A stretch of 64,000 nt of DNA, taken from the NCBI GenBank assembly GCA_965228895.1, contig OZ245842.1, positions 1,472,001 through 1,536,000 of the forward strand, written 5' to 3'. The notes under the pieces were generated by a model. It was not told where the DNA came from. It did no database searches and saw nothing but the letters and a program-made list of their open reading frames with translations. Below are positions 9,813 through 20,080 of this stretch, one piece after another. The translations under genes and the position numbers were made by a program. This DNA comes from Alphaproteobacteria bacterium. Lineage in GTDB: Bacteria > Pseudomonadota > Alphaproteobacteria > SP197. The stretch's first letter is position 1; each line of letters opens with the position of its first letter.

Positions 9813-11216
9813 TTACGGTGAGGTCTTGCTCGTCTTCGGCCCGCGCCAGTTGGATTCGATGTCTTCCAGGCTTCGGCCCTTGGTTTCTGGCACCAGCTTA
9901 TAGACAAAAAGCCAAGACGCGACGACCAACAGGCTATAGATCAGGAAGGTTCCGGAATCGCCAACAACGTCGATCAAGATGGGGAACGAGAGCGTCGAGA
10001 ACAGGTAGGTTCCCCACAAGACAAAGTTCGCCAAGCCCATGCCGAGCGCACGGATCTGCAGCGGCAGGAGCTCGGAGATCAAAAGAAAGACGACCACACC
10101 GGGTCCGGCAGTAAAGGCGGCGACAAACACCAGAAAGGCGACAACCGCGATCCAGCCAGCCGGACCCGCCATGGTCGGCAGTTGGAAGACGATAGCGAGG
10201 ATGGTGAGCATCAAGGCCATGCCGAACAGGCCGCACAGCATCAGAGGCCGGCGTCCCTGCCGGTCCACCAACAAGAGTCCGGTTATGCCGAAAACCACAT
10301 AGACCAAGCCGACACCGACCGTTCCCATCAGTTCGACGGATCGGCTGCTGAAGCCGGCGAGCGCGAAGAGTTCGGGCGCCCAGAACGTCGCTATGGCGGC
10401 GCCTGTTGCGTGCCGGATAACGGCAAGTCCGACGCCGGCGATCAGCGCCATCTTGAAAGCTGGCTTGACCAGATCGGACCACCGGCCCGACTGTGTGGTC
10501 AGACCGTCTTTGATCTCGGCGATGTCACGGTCGACATGATCGGCACCGACTATTCGGCGCAGTACGTCGCGTGCCTTGTCGATCTGGTCTCGCACCACAA
10601 GCCATCGTGGACTTTCTGGCAGGGCCAACGTAACGACGATCAACAGTGCAGCGGGCGCTACGCCCATCGCAAACATCCAACGCCAACCGTGTTCACTCGA
10701 TCGAAGTGCAAAGTCGGAAAAGTAGGACGTCAGCAGGCCGACGGTAAGCGCAACCGAGAACAGTGCGCCCAAGCGGCCACGCAGATGGCTTGGTGAGAGC
10801 TCCGCAATGAAAAGAGGCGTCACGCAGGTCAAAACCCCGATCGATAAACCGGCGGTGATGCGACCGGCCAGGACGAGGTCGAAGGTTGGTGACAACGCTG
10901 ACAGCAAGGCACCGGCAAGCCCGATGACGGCACCCAGGGCGACAATGCGGCGCCGACCGTACTTGTCTGCCAGCTTGCCGCCCACGATGGCGCCGATCAT
11001 GGCACCCAGAAGCGATGCGCTGACCGTCGCGTCTTCCAGTGTATCGGAGAGGTCGAACCGATCGACGACAAACAGAATCGCGCCGGCGATAACGCCGAGG
11101 TTGTAGCCATAGAGCAGACCGCTCATCGCGCACATGGCCGCAATCAAGTAGAGGATCGCGACGCCGCCTTGCGCGCTCGGGTCGGCGTGCCGGACCTTCG
11201 AGGATGTGTTTGCCAA
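9813..11216 (-). CDS. MFS sugar porter family transporter
   Basis: DKYGRR, PESPRWL, DRQGRR, PETKGRSLE motifs. Confidence 0.9.
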   Translation of the reverse strand: MANTSSKVRHADPSAQGGVAILYLIAAMCAMSGLLYGYNLGVIAGAILFVVDRFDLSDTLEDATVSASLLGAMIGAIVGGKLADKYGRRRIVALGAVIGLAGALLSALSPTFDLVLAGRITAGLSIGVLTCVTPLFIAELSPSHLRGRLGALFSVALTVGLLTSYFSDFALRSSEHGWRWMFAMGVAPAALLIVVTLALPESPRWLVVRDQIDKARDVLRRIVGADHVDRDIAEIKDGLTTQSGRWSDLVKPAFKMALIAGVGLAVIRHATGAAIATFWAPELFALAGFSSRSVELMGTVGVGLVYVVFGITGLLLVDRQGRRPLMLCGLFGMALMLTILAIVFQLPTMAGPAGWIAVVAFLVFVAAFTAGPGVVVFLLISELLPLQIRALGMGLANFVLWGTYLFSTLSFPILIDVVGDSGTFLIYSLLVVASWLFVYKLVPETKGRSLEDIESNWRGPKTSKTSP

Positions 11217-11272
11217 TGTCTAACCTCGGGAAAGTCCTGGATTTGGCGTCTTGATAAGCAGTATCGCACCGA

Positions 11273-12433
11273 TCATTCGGGCGCGATGTAGTCTTCCTGG
11301 CGCGCCAAGCTGCCGTCTGCGTTCAGCCAGCGGACTTTGTCGCCTTCGATGACGACATGGAAACAGCCGGTCGCCCCATCCAGCCACGTGTTCCAACGTC
11401 GGCAGTACATATCGTCTTCGATCCACCAACTGCCACTATCGACGAACTCGTCGTGGTGGCCGGCGACACCGGCCGTCGTACCGTCGTCGAGGATACGGAC
11501 CGTGTACGGGTTGCCGTAGCTGTTGACACCCATGGTGGTCGATCCGGTCAGCGCGCCTTCGATCGCGGCAGCGTCGAGAGGCGTGGAGGCAGACGATGCT
11601 GTCGCCGTTTGTAATGTGGCGCTGACGCCTGGACCTAGATGGGCGAGCAAGAAGTCGTGCATGCGCTGGATCGAATCGTCATGGGCTGCGGGGTTATGAA
11701 TCAATTGGTAGCCCCAGTACTCACCGTTGCAAGCGCGACAGTCATAGGAGTGCGTCGCGCCATCATAGACGATGAGATCGATGGGCATTTCAGCAGCAGT
11801 CGATCCTTCAACAAGGCTTTCGCATCGGCTTGCCGGTGTCCAGTCGTCCGCCGAGCCGATCAGGATCATCAACGGTGGCGCGAAACGCTGGTGGGTCATC
11901 GGACAGTAGGGATAAACGGCGACCGCAGCCTTGATTGACGGCTTGTGGCGCGGCGCCAGTGACCCGGGTTCGCCGGCGACCAGCAAAGTGACGTTGGCAC
12001 CGTGAGAGAATCCAACAACGGCTACCCTATCGGTATTGATATGATCGAGCGTCTCAAGAAAGTCGATGGCGCCGTTGACATCGGCAACGCGCGGTACCGG
12101 TCGCAGAATATTGGTGCAGATCTCGTCGATCCCGCGCGGCCCGAAGCTGTCAATGCGCAGGCTGGCATAACCCCAGGACGCGAAGTGACCGGCCCATTCC
12201 TCGTGTGACGCTGTGGGCCCCGCACAGCCGTGAAGGACAAGGACAACCGGGAACGGACCGTCGCCATCCGGCACGGTCAGCAGACCGGTGACGCTGCCGG
12301 GTTCGATCCCTGACGCCCCTTCAAAGGTCTCCTTCGATTCAAACTCGACTGGCGTCGTCAGCGTGGCGTTGACGGCACCTGGTGACAGACAAAGAAAAAG
12401 GCTCCAAAGGGCGCCAATCCAGGGTCGTCTCAT
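11273..12433 (-). CDS. Secreted dienelactone hydrolase-like alpha/beta hydrolase with extra C-terminal domain
   Basis: Signal peptide; LHGCAG, nucleophile GFSHG, DDWTP, GATHSYD; then about 90 aa extra domain. Confidence 0.75.
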   Translation of the reverse strand: MRRPWIGALWSLFLCLSPGAVNATLTTPVEFESKETFEGASGIEPGSVTGLLTVPDGDGPFPVVLVLHGCAGPTASHEEWAGHFASWGYASLRIDSFGPRGIDEICTNILRPVPRVADVNGAIDFLETLDHINTDRVAVVGFSHGANVTLLVAGEPGSLAPRHKPSIKAAVAVYPYCPMTHQRFAPPLMILIGSADDWTPASRCESLVEGSTAAEMPIDLIVYDGATHSYDCRACNGEYWGYQLIHNPAAHDDSIQRMHDFLLAHLGPGVSATLQTATASSASTPLDAAAIEGALTGSTTMGVNSYGNPYTVRILDDGTTAGVAGHHDEFVDSGSWWIEDDMYCRRWNTWLDGATGCFHVVIEGDKVRWLNADGSLARQEDYIAPE

Positions 12434-12484
12434 CGCGTTCTCCTGTTCGCCATGCGCGTAGCTTCGCGTGCTTTGCCCCTGCAA

Positions 12485-14275
12485 TCAATTGTGGCGGTAC
12501 CACCAGGTTGAGATGTCGGGGCCATAGAGTGGCGATATCTCGGGTCGCTCGATGAATGACCAGCGGGCGATATTGTCGACCTCCAAATGGAACAGTGGAA
12601 TGCCATAGCGGCCCCAAAGCAGAACGCGATCGAGGGCACGTGCTGCGGCGACAAGTTCGTCACGATCACGGGCATCAACAAGCCTGGTGATCAAGCCGTC
12701 GACCACGGGATCGGACACGCCTGCATAGTTGCGGCTACCCGGGCTGTCGGCGGCATCCGATGACCAGTAGATGAACTGCTCGTTGCCCGGCGAGAGCGAC
12801 TGGCCCCAACGATAGACGATGGCATCGTAATCGAAGTCGGATCGGCGAAGCTGGTACTGCGCGCTGTCAACGGTTCTGAGCCGCGCGGTGATACCCAGTC
12901 GTTCCAGGTTGCGCGTGTAGGGCAGCAAGATGCGTTCCCAGCGGGAATCGTCCAGCAAGATCTCGAACGCAAAGGGTTGACCATCACTGGCCCTCGTCAG
13001 AGTACCATCGATGACCCGCCAGCCGGCCTCATCGAGCAGATCGCGCGCTGCCTGCAACTGCTCGCGAAGCTGACCGGTGCCGTCTGTCACGGGTAGGGTG
13101 AACGGCTCGCTGAAGACTTCTGGCGGCAACTGATCGCGATAGGGTTCCAAGAGTTCGAGTTCCAAACCGCCCGGCAAGCCCGACGAGGCGAGGTCGGCGT
13201 TGTCGAACATGCTGGTGGTGCGCGCATAGGCACCATGAAGCAAGCTGTTGTTGGTCCACTCGAAGTCGAAGGCCAGTCCGAGCGCTTCGCGTACGCGGGA
13301 ATCGTCGAACAATTCGCGGCGGCTGTTGAAGACCAGCGCCGACATGCCCGACGGCCGCCCGTGATCGACTTCCTCGGTCACGATGTCGCCACGCCGTGCG
13401 GCGGGCGTGTCATAGCCGGTCGCCCAGCGGGTTTCATCGTCTTCGAAGCGGGCATCGACATCGCCGGCCAGGAACGCCTGCATGGCCGCGTTGGCATCAC
13501 GGAAATAGGTGAAGCTGATCTGATCGAAGTTGTAGCGGCCGTGATTAACCGGCAGATCCCAGCCCCAATAGTCGCGGTCCCGCTCATAGACAATCCGCTG
13601 ACCGGCATCGACCGCGGCGACACGATAGGGACCGGTACCGAGCGGCGGCTGAAGGCTGGTCTTGTCGAACTCATGGGTCTCGAAATAGGCCTTCGACAGA
13701 ACCGGCATCAGCCCCATGATCAACGGCATCTCCCAATTGCCGATACGAAAGGTGAAACGCACGGTCAGCGGGTCAAGCGCCTCGGCCTTGGTGACTTCGC
13801 TGTAATAGGTGCGCGTGTGTGGCCGGCCCTCGTCGCGCAGGGTGCGCCAGGTGAACAGCACGTCGTCCGCGGTGACCGGCGTCCCGTCTTGGAAGCGGGC
13901 GTTGGGATTGATGTGGAAGGTGATCCACGATCGGTCGTCGGCGAGCTCGATCGATTCGGCAATCAGCGGATAGAGGGTGAAAGGCTCGTCCTGAGCGCGC
14001 TCCATCAGACTCTCGAAAACAAGTCCCAGCCCCTGCGCCGGGACACCCAGGATAATGTAGGGGTTGAGGTTGTCGAAGGTGCCGACGGCGGTCAGTCGCA
14101 ACGTGCCGCCGACCGGCGCATCGGGGTCGGCATAGGCGAAGTGCGCCATGTTCGGCGGGTAAGCGGGATCACCATGCATCGCCAAAGCGGTTTGCATCTC
14201 ACCAGCCGTTGACTCGGGCCCGGCGACCATGATGAATCCGGCAATCAAGACCATCAAACGGCGCAATAGGACCAT
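12485..14275 (-). CDS. ABC transporter periplasmic peptide-binding protein, YejA-like (family 5)
   Basis: AMHGDP, FDNLNPY, PLGTGPY, AFDFEW.N, SLSPGNEQ, ALDRVLLW. Confidence 0.88.
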   Translation of the reverse strand: MVLLRRLMVLIAGFIMVAGPESTAGEMQTALAMHGDPAYPPNMAHFAYADPDAPVGGTLRLTAVGTFDNLNPYIILGVPAQGLGLVFESLMERAQDEPFTLYPLIAESIELADDRSWITFHINPNARFQDGTPVTADDVLFTWRTLRDEGRPHTRTYYSEVTKAEALDPLTVRFTFRIGNWEMPLIMGLMPVLSKAYFETHEFDKTSLQPPLGTGPYRVAAVDAGQRIVYERDRDYWGWDLPVNHGRYNFDQISFTYFRDANAAMQAFLAGDVDARFEDDETRWATGYDTPAARRGDIVTEEVDHGRPSGMSALVFNSRRELFDDSRVREALGLAFDFEWTNNSLLHGAYARTTSMFDNADLASSGLPGGLELELLEPYRDQLPPEVFSEPFTLPVTDGTGQLREQLQAARDLLDEAGWRVIDGTLTRASDGQPFAFEILLDDSRWERILLPYTRNLERLGITARLRTVDSAQYQLRRSDFDYDAIVYRWGQSLSPGNEQFIYWSSDAADSPGSRNYAGVSDPVVDGLITRLVDARDRDELVAAARALDRVLLWGRYGIPLFHLEVDNIARWSFIERPEISPLYGPDISTWWYRHN

Positions 14276-14352
14276 TATCCTGATCCGCCGTCGGTTAGAA
14301 CCAGCGGCTTCACGGCGGGCGGGCATGCCCATCGTTGCCGGGAGGCTTGGGG

Positions 14353-15366
14353 ATGTCGGTCTACCAAACCAGCCTTTACACAGATGTCGACTTCGATCGC
14401 CAGGGCAAGCAGATCGGTTGCTTGAAGCTGCCCAATTCGGTGACGCGCTCGGCCTATGGCGTCATTCCTATTCCGATCGCGGTCATCGCGAATGGCGAAG
14501 GGCCGACACTTCTGCTGATGGCAGGTAATCACGGTGACGAGTATGAAGGCCAAATTGCATTGGGGCGCCTGATCCGCGATCTCGAGCCCGACGCCATCCA
14601 GGGCCGTGTCATTATCCTGCCGTCGGCCAACCTTCCGGCGGCGCGTGACGGCCTGCGCGTGTCGCCTCTCGATGGCGGCAACCTCAACCGCGTGTTTCCT
14701 GGTGACCCCGAGGGGTCGCCGACGCGCCAGATCGCCCATTACATCGGTACGGTCTTGATGCCGATGGCCGATGTCTTCGTTGATCTGCATTCGGGCGGTG
14801 CGTCGCTTGACTACGTGCCTTTCGTCTCGGTGACGTTGTGCGGTGACGAGCAGCATGATGCTCGTGCGCTGGCCGCGATCAACGCGTTCGGTGGACCTTA
14901 TGGTCATCTCTGGGCGCCGAGCATGCGGGGCGTCTCCGAAAGCTCGGTACCGCGTCCCCAGTGTATCTCGCTGGGTGGCGAGTTCGGTGGTGGCGGTGTG
15001 GTCGACATCGACCACACGGCCTACGTTGAACGTGGCGTCAACAATCTTATGGCCCACCTTGGTATCCTGCCTGGTGCCGAGGTGCATAATGATAATTCCA
15101 TGAGATGGATGACGAGCGACGGTGATGATCTCTACACCTTCGCGCCAGATTACGGTGTTTTTGCGCCCGCCTGTCGGTTGGGCGATACAGTAACAAAAGG
15201 TCAGTTGGCCGGCGAGATCCATGCCATCGAGCATCCCGAACGGCCAGCCATCCCTGTCCATTTCAGTGCAACCGGCCTCTTGATTTGCCTCAGGGCAATC
15301 GGCCGCGTTGAGCCCGGCGACTGCCTGGCACATTTAGCCATAGACATTGACGAACCGGTGATTTGA
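14353..15366 (+). CDS. Succinylglutamate desuccinylase/aspartoacylase family deacylase (DoeB-like)
   Basis: Zn motif GNHGDEYEG, NLNRVFPG, DLHSGG, EFGGGG. Confidence 0.85.
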   Translation: MSVYQTSLYTDVDFDRQGKQIGCLKLPNSVTRSAYGVIPIPIAVIANGEGPTLLLMAGNHGDEYEGQIALGRLIRDLEPDAIQGRVIILPSANLPAARDGLRVSPLDGGNLNRVFPGDPEGSPTRQIAHYIGTVLMPMADVFVDLHSGGASLDYVPFVSVTLCGDEQHDARALAAINAFGGPYGHLWAPSMRGVSESSVPRPQCISLGGEFGGGGVVDIDHTAYVERGVNNLMAHLGILPGAEVHNDNSMRWMTSDGDDLYTFAPDYGVFAPACRLGDTVTKGQLAGEIHAIEHPERPAIPVHFSATGLLICLRAIGRVEPGDCLAHLAIDIDEPVI

Positions 15367-15368
15367 CC

Positions 15369-16139
15369 ATGAATGAAAGCAATCCCATTGATCAGCCAGG
15401 ACCATGGCCGGTCAGGTCCCCCATCAAAGCGCCCAAGCTGGGCGATCGAATCTACGAACAAATTGTCGAGCGCATTGTGTCCGGCTCCCTTCCCGAAGGG
15501 TCGCGCCTGCCGTCGGAGCACGACTTCTGCCGCATGTTCGAGGTCTCGCGCCCCGTCGTGCGTGAAGCGCTGGCGCGGCTCAGAGCTGACGGCATCGTCG
15601 ACTCGCGTCAGGGCTCTGGAAGCTATGTACGGCGACGACCCGCCAATGAGCTTCTGAGCTACGCGCCCTGCGGCAACGTCGCGCAGCTGCTGCGATGTTT
15701 CGAGTTCCGCGTGGCGCTGGAGGGCGAGGCGGCCGCGCTTGCCGCGACTCGGCGCACGGCGAGCCAGCTAAGGGCGATCAGAATGTCACATCGCGATTTC
15801 GATTCGGCCGTCAACCAAGGCCGTATCGGCAAGACGTCTGACCTGGAGTTCCACCTCAACATCGCGCGCGCCAGCGGGAACGATCTGTTCGCGGAGACGA
15901 TGGAAAGCCTGCTCGACGATATCGGCCAAGGCATGGATCTCGCCCGGACGCTCGATGCAAAGAAACAGCAGGAGCGTGTTCTGATTGTGCGCCAGGAACA
16001 CGATGCCATCATGTCGGCGATTGAAGACGGTGATGCCGACCGTGCGCGCGTCGCGATGCGCGCCCATGTCGGTAATGCGCAACGTCGCGTTGTCGGCCAC
16101 ATGGTGCCGACTGAGAACATGCCTGACGACATCGACTGA
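15369..16139 (+). CDS. GntR/FadR family transcriptional regulator
   Basis: RLPSE...VSRPVVREAL...QGSGSYV winged HTH; FCD domain DLEFH...EHDAI...MRAH. Confidence 0.92.
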   Translation: MNESNPIDQPGPWPVRSPIKAPKLGDRIYEQIVERIVSGSLPEGSRLPSEHDFCRMFEVSRPVVREALARLRADGIVDSRQGSGSYVRRRPANELLSYAPCGNVAQLLRCFEFRVALEGEAAALAATRRTASQLRAIRMSHRDFDSAVNQGRIGKTSDLEFHLNIARASGNDLFAETMESLLDDIGQGMDLARTLDAKKQQERVLIVRQEHDAIMSAIEDGDADRARVAMRAHVGNAQRRVVGHMVPTENMPDDID

Positions 16140-16230
16140 TTGTCGCGCCGCCCAAGCTTCCCGCAGTCATGGCTTGCCGCGACCAAGCGGTATGGTGTGC
16201 AATGGCGTCAGATAAGCTTGGTGGGGACGC

Positions 16231-18270
16231 ATGGTTAATCTGGTTGCTGCCGGCGGTGACCTCAACATCGCCAATCATTTTCCGTGCGCAGTCCGCGAGA
16301 TGGAGCATGTCTGGATCCCGATGTCGGACGGGGTCAGACTTGCCGCGCGCATCTGGTTGCCGGACGATGCCGAGGCCAACCCGGTGCCGGCTATTGTCGA
16401 GTACATTCCCTATCGCAAGCGCGACTTCACCCTGCCGCGCGATGAACTGATTCATCCCTGGTATGCCGGTCACGGTTACGCTGCGATCCGCCTGGACATT
16501 CGCGGCTCCGGCGATTCCGAGGGCCTGCCGATGGACGAGTACGTCGCCCGGGAGCAGGACGACATGCTGGAAGCGCTGGCGTGGATCGCAGCCCAGCCCT
16601 GGTGCTCCGGTTCGATCGGTATGATCGGCATTTCCTGGGGCGGGTTTAGTGGCCTTCAGGTCGCCATGCGGCGCCCGCCCGAACTGAAAGCCGTCGTGAC
16701 TTTGTGTTCGACGGACGATCGCTATGCCGACGACGTCCACTACATGGGTGGCTGTCTGCTGCGCAACAATCTGGCATGGGGCGGTCAGAGCCTTGCCTAT
16801 TCTGCTCGTCCACCTGACCCGGCGGTTGTCGGCGAGAAGTGGCGCGACATGTGGCGCGACCGCCTCGACAACCTGCCGTTCACGACCGCGGAGTGGATGA
16901 GCCATCCGACGCGCGATGCCTATTGGCGTCATGGTTCGGTCAACGAGGATTGGGATGCCATTCAATGCCCGGTCTATGCGGTGACCGGCTGGGCCGACGG
17001 ATACACCAACACGGCGTTGCGTTTGATGGCGGGCCTTAAGGTGCCACGCCGCTGCCTGATCGGCCCATGGGCCCATGGCTATCCGCATATCGCGGCGCCG
17101 GGCCCGGCAATCGGATTTCTGCAGGAAACGCTGCGCTGGTGGGATCGCTGGCTGAAAGATCAGGAGAACGGCATCGATGACGAGCCGATGGTGCGGTTGT
17201 GGCTGCAAGAACCGGCAGCGCCCGCCGCGAGCCACGCTGAACGGCCGGGCCGCTGGATCACCCAGACCGCGTGGCCCGCGCCGGACGTCGTCTGGCGAAG
17301 CCTGCCGCTCGGTGACGGCACACTCGGTGTTGCGGGTGTGGGTAGCGTCGACATCAAGACACCCCTATCGCTCGGCACGATGACGGGTGAGTGGAATCCC
17401 CACGGCATTGGTCCGGAACTGCCGCTTGATCAACGGCCAGACGACGCTATGGCCGTTTTCTGGGACGGGGAACCGCTTGAGGCCGACCTGAGTGTCGTCG
17501 GCACGCCAAAGCTTCGTGTTCGTGTCAGCGTCGATCAACCTGTGGCCAGTCTGGTCGCTCGATTGTGTGCCGTAGCGCCGGATGGCGTGTCGACACTGGT
17601 GTCGTGGGGTGCGCTGAACCTGACCCGTCGTGATAGTCACGAGAATCCGGAGGCGCTGATCCCTGGTGAAGACTATGAGGTCACGGTCACCATGAACGCG
17701 ATCGCGCAGACATTTGCTAAGGGAAGCCGTCTGCGCCTGGCGCTATCGACGGGATCGTGGCCGCTGCTGTGGCCGGCGCCGGCAGAAGCGACCGTCTATC
17801 TTGATTTGTCGGCAGGCGAGCTGGATTTGCCGGTCTGGCCGGACGGGGCAGGGGAATCGGCACTGCCGGACTTCGCACCGGCCGAAATCCCGCCGCCACC
17901 GGCGCTAACCTGGCTGCGCGAATTCGGCCGCGTTCGCCGGTTTGATCGCGACCTTGCCAGCGGGCGCGTCGAACTGGTTTTGGATAAAGACGACGGCGCC
18001 TATCGCATCGATCGTCACGGCATGGAGGTTGACGCCCAGGGCAGCGAACGCCAGTGGATTAGCGACGGCGACCCGTTGTCTGGTGGTGGTGAGGTATCGT
18101 GGCGTATCGCACAACGACGCGGTGATTGGGATGTCGCCATCGAAGCCACGACGACCGTGACGGCCGACGCCGAGAGCTTTCTCGTCGAGGCTGACATCCG
18201 CGCGGAAGAGGCGGGCGCCGAAATCTACAGTCGCCAGCTTTCGCGGCGCATACCACGTGTTCTCGCATGA
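16231..18270 (+). CDS. CocE/NonD family serine hydrolase (copy 1)
   Basis: EYIPYRKRD, GISWGG nucleophile, STDDRYADDVHY, IGPWAH. Confidence 0.9.
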   Translation: MVNLVAAGGDLNIANHFPCAVREMEHVWIPMSDGVRLAARIWLPDDAEANPVPAIVEYIPYRKRDFTLPRDELIHPWYAGHGYAAIRLDIRGSGDSEGLPMDEYVAREQDDMLEALAWIAAQPWCSGSIGMIGISWGGFSGLQVAMRRPPELKAVVTLCSTDDRYADDVHYMGGCLLRNNLAWGGQSLAYSARPPDPAVVGEKWRDMWRDRLDNLPFTTAEWMSHPTRDAYWRHGSVNEDWDAIQCPVYAVTGWADGYTNTALRLMAGLKVPRRCLIGPWAHGYPHIAAPGPAIGFLQETLRWWDRWLKDQENGIDDEPMVRLWLQEPAAPAASHAERPGRWITQTAWPAPDVVWRSLPLGDGTLGVAGVGSVDIKTPLSLGTMTGEWNPHGIGPELPLDQRPDDAMAVFWDGEPLEADLSVVGTPKLRVRVSVDQPVASLVARLCAVAPDGVSTLVSWGALNLTRRDSHENPEALIPGEDYEVTVTMNAIAQTFAKGSRLRLALSTGSWPLLWPAPAEATVYLDLSAGELDLPVWPDGAGESALPDFAPAEIPPPPALTWLREFGRVRRFDRDLASGRVELVLDKDDGAYRIDRHGMEVDAQGSERQWISDGDPLSGGGEVSWRIAQRRGDWDVAIEATTTVTADAESFLVEADIRAEEAGAEIYSRQLSRRIPRVLA

Positions 18271-18284
18271 CGGCATTTGTGCGG

Positions 18285-18318
18285 AAAGAAAAGGGCCGGT
18301 CGCTGGCGACCGGCCCTT
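18285..18318 (-). terminator. Intrinsic terminator between convergent genes
   Basis: AAGGGCCGGTCGC-tg-GCGACCGGCCCTT (18291-18318) followed by a U-rich tail on the minus strand. Confidence 0.75.
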
Positions 18319-18341
18319 GCCACACGTGATGCTGACGTCGA

Positions 18342-19952
18342 TCAGGTCGACGCTTCGTCGAGCCAGACGTCTTCCCAGTACATCCAGCCGGCGAAACCAT
18401 GGGGATGGCCCTTAAGGTCCTTGACCCTGGCGCTGTAGCCATCGATCCAGTTGGTGAAGACCGGTGTTACCGTTGAACCCTCGTCGCGCATGATCATCTG
18501 AATGTCGCGATACATTTCCTTACGCAGGTCCGTATCGGTCGTCTTGCGCGCTTCGAGCACCAAGTTGTCGAACTTTTCGTTCGACCAGAAGCTCTCGTTC
18601 CACGCGCCGCCGGTGATGTAGGCGATGGAGAGCATCAGGTCGGCGGTCGGGCGGCCATACCAGGATGAACCGCACCAGGGTGCCACCATCCACACGGCAC
18701 TCCAATAGCCGTCCGAGGGTACTTTCTTGACGTTCACTTTCAGGCCCGATTCGCGCATCAGTTCCGCCATCACGACGGTGGCGTTGGCGCCGCCGAAGTT
18801 GGCATCGGATGCGTTGATTTCGAACTCCGTATTCTCCATGCCGGCTTCTTTTAGATAGAACGCGACCTTATCGGGGTCACGCGGCAATGCTTCGACATCG
18901 GCGGCGAAGAACGGATCAAACTCGGGGATCGGATGATCGCGCCCGACCACGCCGTTACCGCCCCAGGCCAGATCCAGCATGCGCTGACGGTCGACGGCGT
19001 GTTTGATCGCCAGCCTGACATTGTTGTCGGAATAGGGCGCGGTATCCGCGCGCATCGGATAGGTCGGATGCGCGCCGCCGGGCTGGTTGAGCACATGTGC
19101 GTTGTCCGATGCTTCGACCTCGGCCATCAACTGCGGATCGAGTGCGGTGATAATGTCGACTTCGTCGGCCAGCAAAGCGTTGACGCGCGAGGCGTTATCG
19201 GGAATGCCGAACGTCTCGATCTCGTCGATGTAAGGCCTGCCGGTCCGGTGATAGTTGGGGTTGCGTTCAAACACCGCCGCGATGCCGGGTTCAAATTCGG
19301 CCACGCGCCAGGCGCCGGTGCCGACCGCTTGTCCGGCGGCATAGGCTTCGGTGTCCTGACCTTCCGGCTGAACCGTGAAGTGATACTCGGTCAGCAGATA
19401 GGGGATGTCGGCGTTGGGCGCCTTCATGTTGATAACGAGATGTTTATCGCCGTCGGCCACGATTGTGTCGACGTCGCCCAGATAGGCGTTAGCCGGCGAA
19501 CCGATGTCCGGATTCAGGTGGCGATTGAACGAGTAGGCGACATCGGCCGCCGTCATCGTCTTGCCGTTGTGGAATTCGACACCGTCCATCAGCTCGATGG
19601 TCCACACCGTGGCGTCGCTGTTGGACTCCCAGCTGGTTCCCAAATTGCCGACCAGACCTTGGTCGGGCAAGAAGTCGATCAGGCGATTGTAGAGCAGGCC
19701 GGCGCGCATGATATCGATGCCACCGACAATCTTCGCCGGATCAAGCGTGTCGCCCGCATGGCTGCCGGTCGACGCGACGCGCATGTAGCCGCCAGACTGG
19801 GGTTCGGCGGCTTGTGCTTCGGACATGGTCTGGCTGACGAACGTGCCCGCCGCAGCAGCGGTCAGGCCCATGCTCATCAGACCGGCATTGAAATCACGGC
19901 GCGACACTTTGCCTTTGAGGAACTCGCGCTTCAGTACATCCTTCTTATCCAT
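18342..19952 (-). CDS. Tat-exported ABC substrate-binding protein (family 5, DppA/OppA-like)
   Basis: SRRDF Tat signal; TLDP, VEFHNGK, GTGAW, NNVRLAIK, WNES.W.NEKFD. Confidence 0.9.
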   Translation of the reverse strand: MDKKDVLKREFLKGKVSRRDFNAGLMSMGLTAAAAGTFVSQTMSEAQAAEPQSGGYMRVASTGSHAGDTLDPAKIVGGIDIMRAGLLYNRLIDFLPDQGLVGNLGTSWESNSDATVWTIELMDGVEFHNGKTMTAADVAYSFNRHLNPDIGSPANAYLGDVDTIVADGDKHLVINMKAPNADIPYLLTEYHFTVQPEGQDTEAYAAGQAVGTGAWRVAEFEPGIAAVFERNPNYHRTGRPYIDEIETFGIPDNASRVNALLADEVDIITALDPQLMAEVEASDNAHVLNQPGGAHPTYPMRADTAPYSDNNVRLAIKHAVDRQRMLDLAWGGNGVVGRDHPIPEFDPFFAADVEALPRDPDKVAFYLKEAGMENTEFEINASDANFGGANATVVMAELMRESGLKVNVKKVPSDGYWSAVWMVAPWCGSSWYGRPTADLMLSIAYITGGAWNESFWSNEKFDNLVLEARKTTDTDLRKEMYRDIQMIMRDEGSTVTPVFTNWIDGYSARVKDLKGHPHGFAGWMYWEDVWLDEAST

Positions 19953-20080
19953 GAACAGCCTCCCTTGATCGGCTCGTTGTTCAGTTTGGGCACGTGCTTA
20001 AGGACCCATCATGGCCATCGTATGCCAATGGCTTCGTAATCGTCACACTTTTTGACAGGCAATGCGCTGATTGCGCGTGT

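Noticed and set aside
14291-14304. CGGTTAGAACCA as a FadR-type operator
   Set aside because: Short, imperfect and single copy; cannot be distinguished from chance
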